A stretch of DNA of 59,922 nucleotides from a virus (IMGVR_UViG_2974632988_000001:1-59922); one strand, 5' to 3'. Numbered from the stretch's first letter, positions 50,589 to 59,494 are shown. Notes: generated by a model not told the origin, from the sequence alone. A program made the numbers and translations.

Positions 50589-52844
50589 TTACCAATCACC
50601 TTTATATTCGTCTAACATCTCTTCTGGAATGATTAACTCATATCCTTTTGTCTTAGAAGCATGTTTGATGAGCCAACCTTCTTCCACTAACTTACCCATG
50701 AGTTCTGTCAATACTTCTGCTTTGATTCCCATCAGTTCTCTAAGCCTACCTACTTTAGTTTCCCTAGTACGAGCGATAATCTTTTTAAGCTTCACTAATG
50801 GCTCCTCTGTATCAACTTCTTCTGTTTCTTCTATTTCCTCTTCGATTAACTCTCCACCAAAGTAGTCCCTAATCTTTTGATACACCTTACCTTCTTCTAC
50901 TTCATTAGGAGATACAATAGCGCTCTGGAATCTCTGGAACTCTTTAGGGTGCGCTACTATCCTCATGACACCATCTCCACGACCCAGCAGAGTCGTATTG
51001 CCAATACCTTTACCGAATACCGTTTTATAATCCACATTACTATTTAAATTGAAACTGATGGCATTCTGTACATTCGCTTTGATACGCCCGCTGATTACCT
51101 TTGCATCTGGTCTTTGTGTAGCGATAACTAAATGGATTCCAGCAGCACGAGCTTTCTGTCCTAATCGTGTAACATACTCTTCTACATGTGGGTTTGTATC
51201 ATGTAGGTCTGCGTATTCATCAATCACACATACGATATAAGGCATTTTACAGTCTGCTACTTCATTGTAGACCTTTATATTTTTAACTCCTGCATCCTTA
51301 AACGTTTCATAGCGCTTCTCCATTTCTTCTACTAGCTTATTAAGTGCCGAACCTGCTTTCTCCATATCTGTTACAATCTTATCTACGTGAGCCATTCCTT
51401 CATATTGAGCCAGTTCTACTATCTTAGGGTCAATCATGACGAACCGTAACATCTCTGGTGAGTTCGTAGCCATGAGACAAATGATTAATGTGTTCATAAA
51501 TACAGATTTACCAGAACCCGTTGTACCTGCAATCATAAGATGTACGAGCTTTGTCAAGTCTAGATAGATTGGTGTATCCACTTCATCAACACCTACTATA
51601 AATGGTAGTGCATGGTTACTCGCATACTCTTGGAAGTCTGGACTCTCTATAAGCTCTCTAAGGCTGATAACGGCGGCTTCTTCGTTTGGTAGGGTAAATT
51701 TGGCAGTATCAGGTTCCTCTCCTTGTTCTATACTAAGCGAAGGGACTCCTAGTGCTGCTTGGATATCGGAAGCCTTTGAAATCAAATGACTTAAGTTCTT
51801 CTTCTTAGGTATATCACATTGAATAACAGTCAACCGCGCACCCGCTGTGACAGTACTATTCGCTAGTCTCGCTGTTGGAATCAGACCTACACGCTTCATG
51901 GCTTCGGCTAGATAGCTCACAATATTTTCATCCACTTTCACTTCTTCTCTTGGATAGGTAGGCAACAACGAGACTAGACCTCCGATATCCTTTCTAGGTG
52001 TCCTAACTTTATTCGGTTCAGTAGTAGCAGATTGAACGTATTCAACTTCTTGGGGAGCTACTACTGTTCCACCGAATAAGGATACAATCTCTGTATCACT
52101 CAGTACGTTCTCTCCATTCATAACTAATCTTTCCTCACATTCATCTTTTAAGCCCTTTAACTTCCTCTTGTACAGGCTAACCGTGTTATGCGAATCGTAT
52201 TTACGTAGTATAGCTTCAATCTGCTGTACGAGCGCTGTAGGCTCCTTAGAACGAACGGTGATTCCTAGTTTGAATTTATACACTTTACCAACAATCTTCT
52301 GTTCCACTTTCTCACTATATGTTCGAGCCATATCAAATGATGATAATTTATTGATGGCATGAAGGATTTTATCTTGAAATGTTCTCCCTATTTTAGAACC
52401 AGCAGGATATTCATTCCCGCTCAAGTAGCTCTTATACCTTTCTATAGAAGTTAGGAGCCAATTATCTATATATCTCTTGAATAACCACTGTACTTCTAGT
52501 GCTTCGTCCTCTCCTACTTGTATTTCCAGTAATTCACGTAAGAATAAGCCTCTCATGCCCTCGTACAACGGTAAGAACGACGGTTTAGATAGATAACCTT
52601 CATAAGCATGTAAGTCGTCTGTATGACGCGCTACTAACGTTAAACGATAAGGTAGAACATTCGTTTCATTAAAGCGGATATGAGGAGGCGTAACTACTGT
52701 AATATTACGCCCTCCTTTATACATCTCCAGCTCTACACCGAATACACCGTCTGTCTCTTGTTCTAATATGGTTTTAAAGGCTCCTGATACATCCTCCACC
52801 TGTGAGAAGTAATTCGATATGTTCTTGTATCCTTTACTCTTCAC
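50589..52844 (-). CDS. ftsK: FtsK/SpoIIIE-family DNA translocase, soluble, with a ~300 aa unknown N-terminal domain
   Basis: HLMIAGTTGSGKS Walker A, VMIDPK, VIDEYADL Walker B, KARAAGIHLVIATQRP, LLGRGDG, C-terminal wHTH gamma-like domain; GTG start with AAGGAG RBS. Confidence 0.92.
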   Translation of the reverse strand: MKSKGYKNISNYFSQVEDVSGAFKTILEQETDGVFGVELEMYKGGRNITVVTPPHIRFNETNVLPYRLTLVARHTDDLHAYEGYLSKPSFLPLYEGMRGLFLRELLEIQVGEDEALEVQWLFKRYIDNWLLTSIERYKSYLSGNEYPAGSKIGRTFQDKILHAINKLSSFDMARTYSEKVEQKIVGKVYKFKLGITVRSKEPTALVQQIEAILRKYDSHNTVSLYKRKLKGLKDECEERLVMNGENVLSDTEIVSLFGGTVVAPQEVEYVQSATTEPNKVRTPRKDIGGLVSLLPTYPREEVKVDENIVSYLAEAMKRVGLIPTARLANSTVTAGARLTVIQCDIPKKKNLSHLISKASDIQAALGVPSLSIEQGEEPDTAKFTLPNEEAAVISLRELIESPDFQEYASNHALPFIVGVDEVDTPIYLDLTKLVHLMIAGTTGSGKSVFMNTLIICLMATNSPEMLRFVMIDPKIVELAQYEGMAHVDKIVTDMEKAGSALNKLVEEMEKRYETFKDAGVKNIKVYNEVADCKMPYIVCVIDEYADLHDTNPHVEEYVTRLGQKARAAGIHLVIATQRPDAKVISGRIKANVQNAISFNLNSNVDYKTVFGKGIGNTTLLGRGDGVMRIVAHPKEFQRFQSAIVSPNEVEEGKVYQKIRDYFGGELIEEEIEETEEVDTEEPLVKLKKIIARTRETKVGRLRELMGIKAEVLTELMGKLVEEGWLIKHASKTKGYELIIPEEMLDEYKGDW

Positions 52845-52947
52845 GATGCTTCAACTCCTTCATAATGATTACACATTGCACAGCATTTACAGCAGCAGTC
52901 GCCAATAACATCGTTGTATTCAGTAAAATCAGTGTTGTGATACTCAT
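52834..52947 (-). CDS. 37-aa single-TM peptide (not in ORF track)
   Basis: AGGAGAGG RBS; MSITTLILLNTTMLLATAAVNAVQCVIIMKELKHREE; overlaps the ftsK start. Confidence 0.65.
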   Translation of the reverse strand: MSITTLILLNTTMLLATAAVNAVQCVIIMKELKHREE

Positions 52948-52959
52948 AAGAACCTCTCC

Positions 52960-54186
52960 TTATTTTTTAATTTTCTTAAATAACGCTAACGGACTTAAAA
53001 TTGTAGCTTTTGACATTGCAAAGTTCTTAATTAACTTTTTAGATGTCTCTTTTACATTACTCTTCATTACTTCGTCTAATCCCTTTCCATTATCTAATTT
53101 GTTTGCAATGATTTTAGGTGGGTTCTGCATACGAGCAAAGCCTCCGATTACAACGAGCAACTTAACGATTGTACCTGTGAAGTCGGCTGGGAACGGGATA
53201 CCGAAGATGAATAGCCCGATAATTAGTAGGAAAAGAGAATGATAGACTTGCACTAAAGATAAATGCTTTACATTGTTCCACCATTGATTGAAGAAATGCC
53301 TATGTGAATCAAATACCCAACATACTAATGCGACAGGAGCTACTACGCCTAATACCAGTAGGTCAAAAAATCTTCTTCCATTCGTCCATAACATCGGAAT
53401 AACTGTAGAAATCAGTATCGCATCGAATACTAACAATGTGATAACATCAATCGTACTAAATGTAGTAGTCAAGGCACTAGCTGTCATAATTTCGCTACCC
53501 ATACTTGTAAGTTTGCCAGAGATGAGATTTAATAATTTGAATGCGGACTTGAACAAGAAAGGCGTTACCGATGTGACACCCGCCATAAGTGACCAGCGTT
53601 TCATAATTGTAGAAAACTCCATTGGTCTTAGCTTCTTATTTGCTCCAGATAACATTCTTTTAATGCATTCTACAACAGTAAGAACAACCACAATCCCTAT
53701 AGATACTCCGCTAAATCCTAAACTCATTGTTGTAAACCATTCATTATCGAATAAGAACAGAGGAGTCTTTAAGATAAGCCCAGCGCATAAGTCGTATATC
53801 CAAGACAACAGCTCTGCGGACATCTTCGCTACATTGTGCGGTAAGTCTTTAATAAGAGTGACGAACTCCCCGAACCAATCCATTACTTCTTTTATAGGGT
53901 TTGGTGTTCCTGTAGGTATTAATGTATCTTTGATGAACCCAGAGAACATGTTCTTACCTTTATCAAAGAATGAATCATTACTAATCGTTTCCGCGTATGC
54001 TTTATCTCCTATAGAAGTAAAGAAGAATGTAGAGATAGTTGCTGCTGGTATAGCTCCAATCTTTAGAAGCCTAGACTTAAGAAGTTTAAATTTCTGAATA
54101 AGTAACTTGCGACCCGATAGATGATGTAAATGCTTGGAACACTTATCAGTACTTGCGTTATCCCTTTGATGATGTCTTGCGTCCAT
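52960..54186 (-). CDS. Polytopic membrane protein, VirB6/TrbL-like topology (true start unclear)
   Basis: About 6-7 hydrophobic helices; RRFFDLLVLGVVAPVALVCWVFDSHRHFFNQWW resembles Gram-positive conjugation channel proteins. Confidence 0.65.
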   Translation of the reverse strand: MDARHHQRDNASTDKCSKHLHHLSGRKLLIQKFKLLKSRLLKIGAIPAATISTFFFTSIGDKAYAETISNDSFFDKGKNMFSGFIKDTLIPTGTPNPIKEVMDWFGEFVTLIKDLPHNVAKMSAELLSWIYDLCAGLILKTPLFLFDNEWFTTMSLGFSGVSIGIVVVLTVVECIKRMLSGANKKLRPMEFSTIMKRWSLMAGVTSVTPFLFKSAFKLLNLISGKLTSMGSEIMTASALTTTFSTIDVITLLVFDAILISTVIPMLWTNGRRFFDLLVLGVVAPVALVCWVFDSHRHFFNQWWNNVKHLSLVQVYHSLFLLIIGLFIFGIPFPADFTGTIVKLLVVIGGFARMQNPPKIIANKLDNGKGLDEVMKSNVKETSKKLIKNFAMSKATILSPLALFKKIKK

Positions 54187-54590
54187 ACGTTCGCTTCTTG
54201 ACTCTTTCTGAACATTCTCAGTGTTCCCGCTATGACTAGTAGAACGATACTTAATGCTACTGCTACACCCACCGCTAGAAAGGCTACTTGCAATCCGTAC
54301 TCCACCATTACACTCGGCGTGAATGGAGCCAGTAGAGGTGTTTTCCCTGTTACCCCGCTCGCAAATGCTCTCGTCGAAAGACCCGCGCTTGCTCCTAATA
54401 TTGATAGTGACATTTTGATTATCTTTTTTGCTTGCTTTATTTTTTTGAGCTTCTGCATTCCCTTTGCGCTCATTATCTCCTCCTTTATATTTTGGTACAT
54501 AAAAACCGACTCATCTACCATTGGAGCTTTTGTGAATGGAGTGTACTCAACCCAAGCAGCTTTATTTCTCGCATCGTAATTAATAATCAT
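54063..54590 (-). CDS. Membrane protein with a pilin/VirB2-like C-terminal hairpin (start probably ATG 54590)
   Basis: TRAFA|S processing-like site, two TM helices separated by RMFRKSQEANVWTQDIIKG; AAAAGGGG RBS. Confidence 0.6.
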   Translation of the reverse strand: MIINYDARNKAAWVEYTPFTKAPMVDESVFMYQNIKEEIMSAKGMQKLKKIKQAKKIIKMSLSILGASAGLSTRAFASGVTGKTPLLAPFTPSVMVEYGLQVAFLAVGVAVALSIVLLVIAGTLRMFRKSQEANVWTQDIIKGITQVLISVPSIYIIYRVASYLFRNLNFLSLGF

Positions 54591-54605
54591 CGTTAACATC
54601 CCCTT

Positions 54606-54797
54606 TTATTTGTTTAATCTTGCACGATTAGCCATGTTCTCAAAACGTTCCTCATTAACATCTCTACCTCTTCCGCGCTTCTCCTTCTTCACCCCAACTT
54701 CCATTTCGAATGAATGAAGAAACTTAAACACCGTTGATAATGCCATTCCAGTTGTACAAACTAACGCGATTCCAGCACCTACAGCTACGATACCCAT
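54606..54797 (-). CDS. Small single-TM protein (start corrected to ATG 54797)
   Basis: AAGGAGG RBS; MGIVAVGAGIALVCTTGMAL, basic tail. Confidence 0.7.
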   Translation of the reverse strand: MGIVAVGAGIALVCTTGMALSTVFKFLHSFEMEVGVKKEKRGRGRDVNEERFENMANRARLNK

Positions 54798-54874
54798 ATT
54801 TTTTCCTCCTTCATGTATAAGTTTTTTATTTTTGGTAACGATAGAGATATCAAACAAGAGAGGACGATGATTAT

Positions 54875-55036
54875 ATGTCTTGGTTCACAGATTCTTTAGC
54901 TCAGTATGAGAGACAAATGCAGAAAGTAAATCATTTAGTTCTTCACGACATCAACAAGGATAGAAACGTGGATATTAGTATGGAAGAATTAGAGAAGATT
55001 CTAAAAGTTTTGCATGATTACGGGATAGTGAATTAA
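54875..55036 (+). CDS. 53-aa protein, the only + strand gene I support in the minus block (not in ORF track)
   Basis: AGAGAGG RBS; MSWFTDSLAQYERQMQKVNHLVLHDINKDRNVDISMEELEKILKVLHDYGIVN. Confidence 0.55.
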   Translation: MSWFTDSLAQYERQMQKVNHLVLHDINKDRNVDISMEELEKILKVLHDYGIVN

Positions 55037-55061
55037 CCGTTATAACCCTCTTATAAATGCG

Positions 55062-55115
55062 GGAATTACGCAGGGAATTAACGTTTTTCCCGGGAATTAT
55101 GGAATTAGGGAATTA
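55062..55115. repeat. Five GGAATTA direct repeats (candidate centromere-like iterons)
   Basis: At 55062, 55074, 55093, 55101, 55109, plus TGAATTA at 55029; just downstream of the RHH gene. Confidence 0.75.
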
Positions 55116-55129
55116 CGGAAAAACGGCTC

Positions 55130-55396
55130 CTAGAAGTTATCTAATCGGCTTGCTATATCCTTGTCAGATGCTTCTTTTTTGACTAATTTTATATCTTGGA
55201 TTGGAGCCGATTCTACAGGTGTCACACTTTGTATGACTTTAGGATACACGACACCTCCTTCCCCTTTTCTATACTTGATTCCATCTCTAGCTAGTTCTCT
55301 CATTACATGTGCAAAGCTATGGTTCTTTAATAATGGCTTAATGACTTCTAGTATGTCATCATCCATCTTATCTCGAAGGTAGACTGACTTTCGCAT
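55130..55396 (-). CDS. Ribbon-helix-helix protein, ParR-like adaptor candidate
   Basis: MRKSVYLRDKMDDDILEVI..HSFAHVMRELARDGI RHH pattern, flexible C-tail, directly after parM. Confidence 0.7.
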   Translation of the reverse strand: MRKSVYLRDKMDDDILEVIKPLLKNHSFAHVMRELARDGIKYRKGEGGVVYPKVIQSVTPVESAPIQDIKLVKKEASDKDIASRLDNF

Positions 55397-55406
55397 TTAA
55401 GCCACC

Positions 55407-56498
55407 TCACTTGCTGATGTACGGCTGTGTGCCGACTTTAATAGTAACTGTACTCTTCTTGGTTTTCGATGCCATACGCGCCCCGTACTTCCTTAAACCA
55501 CGTACATTTGCATATCTATCTAGGAACAACACCTTAACTCCTCTGTTAGCGAATCTTTCTGATAAGTATTGTTTGAGTAGTTCAGAGCCACCACCAGTAA
55601 AGATGATTGTATCTACAAAAGCCCAACTATTAATAAGTATTCTGTCCAGTGTATTAAGGATTGTATTCGCATGGTTTTCATAAGCTTGATTGATGACTGG
55701 TGTGATGTCCATACCTTTTATTTCTTTGTTCTTGATAATCATTGGAAGCTTTCCATCTGGAATCGTAGCTCCTAATTGATTCTCTAAGTATTTCCCAATT
55801 TGTAGGTAGCTACTAAACATACCCATGTTCGTATGAGTCGTTAGCTCCGGCTGTTCTTCTAATGAATCCAATGTCAGAACATTCAAAGTTCTTGCGCCAA
55901 TATCTGCTAATACGTTAAATCCTTTTGCGATGTTATGGTCAACGATTTCTCCGTTGTTATCTAGCATTAGGTCACATAAAGAGCCGAACGGTTGTTTCTT
56001 GATACATACATCTTCAACTGTGACTGTTCTTTCTATCCAGTTGATACCGTCGTATGAGATTTTCATCTCATGTGTACCTTTTACAAGTTGTGTAAGTTGT
56101 TCTCTACGTTCTGGTGTATCGTTCTTAATTGGTAAGTTCATCATAAGTGTGTAGATGGTTTCATTTGTACCCTTGCTCATAAGACCTAAAACAGTTTTCA
56201 TAATAATCGGAAACTTATTATCATTATGTTTATTTTCTCCTCCAGTCCATTCAATATCCGGGTCTAACTTTGTAGCATAATCTCCGACTACATATTTCTT
56301 ACCATCAATTTCACAAGCGATGTATTCTAACTGCTTACCTTCTACTACAAACTCTGTAGATGGTTTCTCTTTAAAGTTTGTTACGAATGAAGGAATTAAG
56401 AATGGATGACCGTTGTTGTCACATTTTACATCTCCGAACCCATCATCTACTGCACCTACAGATAAACCTACGCTAGTTCCTTGCCATTTCTTTGTCAT
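55407..56498 (-). CDS. parM: ParM/StbA-family actin-like ATPase
   Basis: AVDDGFGDVK (phosphate 1), LADIGARTLNV (phosphate 2), IIFTGGGSELL (adenosine), NVRG (connect 2). Confidence 0.9.
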   Translation of the reverse strand: MTKKWQGTSVGLSVGAVDDGFGDVKCDNNGHPFLIPSFVTNFKEKPSTEFVVEGKQLEYIACEIDGKKYVVGDYATKLDPDIEWTGGENKHNDNKFPIIMKTVLGLMSKGTNETIYTLMMNLPIKNDTPERREQLTQLVKGTHEMKISYDGINWIERTVTVEDVCIKKQPFGSLCDLMLDNNGEIVDHNIAKGFNVLADIGARTLNVLTLDSLEEQPELTTHTNMGMFSSYLQIGKYLENQLGATIPDGKLPMIIKNKEIKGMDITPVINQAYENHANTILNTLDRILINSWAFVDTIIFTGGGSELLKQYLSERFANRGVKVLFLDRYANVRGLRKYGARMASKTKKSTVTIKVGTQPYISK

Positions 56499-56646
56499 TT
56501 TGTTTTCCCCCTTTGTGATTTCTTAATACATCATATGGAGCATTCGCCTAATTGATACCACAAAATCGTAAAAAGTTAGAAAAAAGTTTAAAAAGTATGA
56601 CAAATGCAAACAAAAAGACACGAGAATGTATCCCGTGCCTGTTGTA

Positions 56647-57069
56647 CTATTTTAATAGTTCTGCGAACTTAGTTAATTCTAATTCAGTTTTCTTCTCTGT
56701 AGAAAGCATTGTATCGAGTTTCTTTTCAATCGCTTTAACTTGCTGCTCTTCGTTAAGAATATCTTTTTCCTTGATTTTACCTTTGATGTCTTGAATCCAT
56801 TCATCTAGGGTATGCCCTTGTACTTTTGTATCTCCGAAGTCTTCTAATAGTAAGTCATCCGCAGCTACAAACAATGTATGGATTTTAACTAATAAGAGGG
56901 TAAGCTCGTCCTTCCCAGCTACATTAAAGTTAATGTTCTTACCTTCCCATTCAAGAATACACTTTGTAACAGAGTTACGACGTAACGCCTTTAAAGCTGC
57001 TAATTTCTTTTTCTTCTCTTCAACCTTACCTTGTAATTGTAATACTACTGCATCATTTGAGTTTGTCAT
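56647..57069 (-). CDS. Coiled-coil hypothetical protein coupled to 57069-58268
   Basis: TAATG overlap; TKCILEWEG..LDEWIQDIK..EKKTELEL. Confidence 0.75.
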   Translation of the reverse strand: MTNSNDAVVLQLQGKVEEKKKKLAALKALRRNSVTKCILEWEGKNINFNVAGKDELTLLLVKIHTLFVAADDLLLEDFGDTKVQGHTLDEWIQDIKGKIKEKDILNEEQQVKAIEKKLDTMLSTEKKTELELTKFAELLK

Positions 57070-58268
57070 TATTTTTGCTCCTTATCATCTTTGTTTATTT
57101 GGTGTTCGGGTACTGAACCTTTAAATGAGTAGAACTTATCGTTCTCTAGATATCTCTTAATAAAGCAAGGCTCCATGTCTCCAGTGAATCGTGTAAAGAA
57201 TCCTTCTAATGAACCGCGATACACTTCATCTTCTCTGTACCCGTAATCTCCGTACTTAAATGTAACTACAGCTTCTACACCAATAACTTTTCTATCTCTG
57301 TTACCGCTCCAGCTATACGGTCTGTCGTATTTGTTCTCCATTACGATATCGTATTTGCGAGTATCACCGTAAGTTTTTGTGTAGAACCCTACTCGTCTAT
57401 CCCATTCGTGTTTATCTTTGTCTAGGACTCTTTCGATAATGAACTCCGGGTCGATTGGATATAACTCATCCTTACTCTCATCAACTGGTGAGTAGTATTG
57501 CGAGTGTTCTAACATATTTTGGAATGGTGTGAAGTCTTGTACGCATCCTACCTCTAACTCCTTGATGAACTTCTTACCTAAAGAGCTAACTGTTTTAATA
57601 CGCCACGGGAAGTCTTTATTACTAGCCCAGCGACATTCCTCTGCGAAGAAGAATTTCTTAGCTTTAGACTTCGTAACCTTCTGTCTTCGGTTCGAATCAT
57701 TGTAATCTGTGCGGTAGTCATACTCATGGAACTTACCTAAGTAGATGTATTTGTCCTCATCTTTATCGATGTATGTATAGCCGACCTTTAAGTCTTTGGC
57801 TTTAATTTGTTCCTTATTCATTAAGATATCTGTGTATCTCTTAGACTCTTCATATGTAGCAGAGTTTACAGGTACTAAAACAAGCTCTGTACCTTCCCAT
57901 GCGTATACTAGTTCCCCTATGATACCTTTACCTTTCATTACATCGCAGCACTCTAGAATGTGCATTAGGTTAGCCATATCAATCTCAAATTCGAATCCTC
58001 GTGGGTCGTATACGCGACAGAATGCTTTACGGTCACTCCATGATGGTCGCCCTCCACCTGTCTTATTGAATACGAATCCTTCTGTTGGTACATTTTCATA
58101 TTCTTGATTAGGAATCTTCTTATCTCTCCAGCTTTCCCATGATGTTTCTTTTCGTAGTTTACCAGTTTCATCATAATAAATGACATAAGCTAGGCTACCA
58201 GTGTAAGTCCCTTGTCTATTTTGATACCCTACATTTAATGTTTTTGGCATAAATAATTTACTTTGCAT
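57069..58268 (-). CDS. Conserved large-phage hypothetical protein
   Basis: PKTLNVGYQNR..YTGSLAYVIYYD..RKETSW..GFVFNK..RVYDPRGFEFEI motif block. Confidence 0.8.
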   Translation of the reverse strand: MQSKLFMPKTLNVGYQNRQGTYTGSLAYVIYYDETGKLRKETSWESWRDKKIPNQEYENVPTEGFVFNKTGGGRPSWSDRKAFCRVYDPRGFEFEIDMANLMHILECCDVMKGKGIIGELVYAWEGTELVLVPVNSATYEESKRYTDILMNKEQIKAKDLKVGYTYIDKDEDKYIYLGKFHEYDYRTDYNDSNRRQKVTKSKAKKFFFAEECRWASNKDFPWRIKTVSSLGKKFIKELEVGCVQDFTPFQNMLEHSQYYSPVDESKDELYPIDPEFIIERVLDKDKHEWDRRVGFYTKTYGDTRKYDIVMENKYDRPYSWSGNRDRKVIGVEAVVTFKYGDYGYREDEVYRGSLEGFFTRFTGDMEPCFIKRYLENDKFYSFKGSVPEHQINKDDKEQK

Positions 58269-58569
58269 CTAGTTCCTCCTGTAATCCTTTAATTAATTCT
58301 TTTAATGGGATGATATTAAACCTATCATCCAAGAACCTCATCTGTACAACTTTTGTTTCTGGTTGTCCGTTGTAATCTACCATGAGGATATGTAACTCAG
58401 TTTCATTGTAGGCTTCTACAATACCATATTCTTCTCTCCAGTACATTCGTTCCCAATCACTCGTCTCTATTTGCATAACAACCGGAGAGCCTACACTAAA
58501 TAGTACAGGGTCGAATACTTTTACATCAAGTGTAACCGGGTGTTTATATTCGTATTTAGGTTTTGACAA
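58258..58569 (-). CDS. Hypothetical protein (start corrected to TTG 58569)
   Basis: GGAGG RBS at 58576-58580. Confidence 0.6.
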   Translation of the reverse strand: MSKPKYEYKHPVTLDVKVFDPVLFSVGSPVVMQIETSDWERMYWREEYGIVEAYNETELHILMVDYNGQPETKVVQMRFLDDRFNIIPLKELIKGLQEELDAK

Positions 58570-58762
58570 CTTAATCCTCCTCAACTAATGTAAGTTTGTA
58601 TGTTGCTATTTTAAAAGTCTCTTTATCCCCATCATGGTATCTTGTACGGTACGCTTTCGCATCCCCTTTTCGTGTAAATACTTTAGATACCCGTATTTTT
58701 GGGTTGCTACGTTGTACCACAGCATAACGATATTCTTCCATTCTATTGCTCCTCCTATGTAT

Positions 58763-59479
58763 CTAGAAAACTTGTTTTACTACGTTGAAACCTAACTCCT
58801 CTGCTAATGCTACCGGGAATCCTTTATCTAAGTGCATACAATACACTCTGTCTCGTCTCTCTGTAACTAGCTCGTCCAACTTCCGTAAGGATAAGTGTAC
58901 ATTACCTTCGTAATCAGCTTTGCATGTGTCTTGATAAAAGTAATCTATGATTCCACTTTTCAATCTTCCTAATATGTATGGGTGGATATTGTTCGAATCT
59001 CCACTGTAGTATATGCACTTTCCTTTAATGTCTATTACGTATCCGTAAGACAGCAGCTCTTCTACATGGTGATTAGGTACAGCTTGTACAAATACAGGGT
59101 CATTTGCGTACTCTAATTCGATATGCGATTCGAACTGTTTAATATGGTAGTACTTGCTGGTTACTCCCATTAAATCTAGAATCTTAGGAACCTTAAGTGT
59201 GTATGGTGCATACACCGTGATATTCTTTTCTCCCATCGTACCCATATTGAAGTATGAGTGGAAGATGAGTCCTCCTAATGAACCGATATGGTCATCGTGA
59301 GTATGTGTGATTAGTACTTTAATATTCTTTACGACTCCTAGAATACCTGCATGGTCTAATCGTTCGAATACGTTGCTACCGCAGTCAATCAGGAATAGTT
59401 CTCCTTCGTGAATGCAATATGCGCTGTTGTTACCTTCTAATGTGTTAAATGCGCTTCCGCGTCCTATAAATTGTAACAA
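58763..59479 (-). CDS. Metallo-beta-lactamase-fold hydrolase, RNase Z / Apyc1-like phosphodiesterase
   Basis: GRGSAF..NNSA, LIDCG, THTHDDHIG (HxHxDH), HHV, YSGDS, GNVHLSL, VYCMH. Confidence 0.85.
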   Translation of the reverse strand: MLQFIGRGSAFNTLEGNNSAYCIHEGELFLIDCGSNVFERLDHAGILGVVKNIKVLITHTHDDHIGSLGGLIFHSYFNMGTMGEKNITVYAPYTLKVPKILDLMGVTSKYYHIKQFESHIELEYANDPVFVQAVPNHHVEELLSYGYVIDIKGKCIYYSGDSNNIHPYILGRLKSGIIDYFYQDTCKADYEGNVHLSLRKLDELVTERRDRVYCMHLDKGFPVALAEELGFNVVKQVF

Positions 59480-59494
59480 AGCTTGTCCTCCTTA

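Noticed and set aside
53288-54579. Long + strand ORFs 53288-54097, 54232-54579 and 52802-53242 as real genes
   Set aside because: They are antisense shadows of hydrophobic membrane-protein genes, lack RBSs and have atypical composition.
56560-56620. AAAAAGT phased repeats upstream of parM as parC
   Set aside because: Low-complexity A-tracts in AT-rich intergenic DNA; much weaker than the GGAATTA cluster, although a role cannot be excluded.
58763-59479. Antibiotic-resistance beta-lactamase
   Set aside because: No signal peptide; motif set (GxGSA, HxHxDH, SGD, late H) is of the RNase Z/phosphodiesterase branch.
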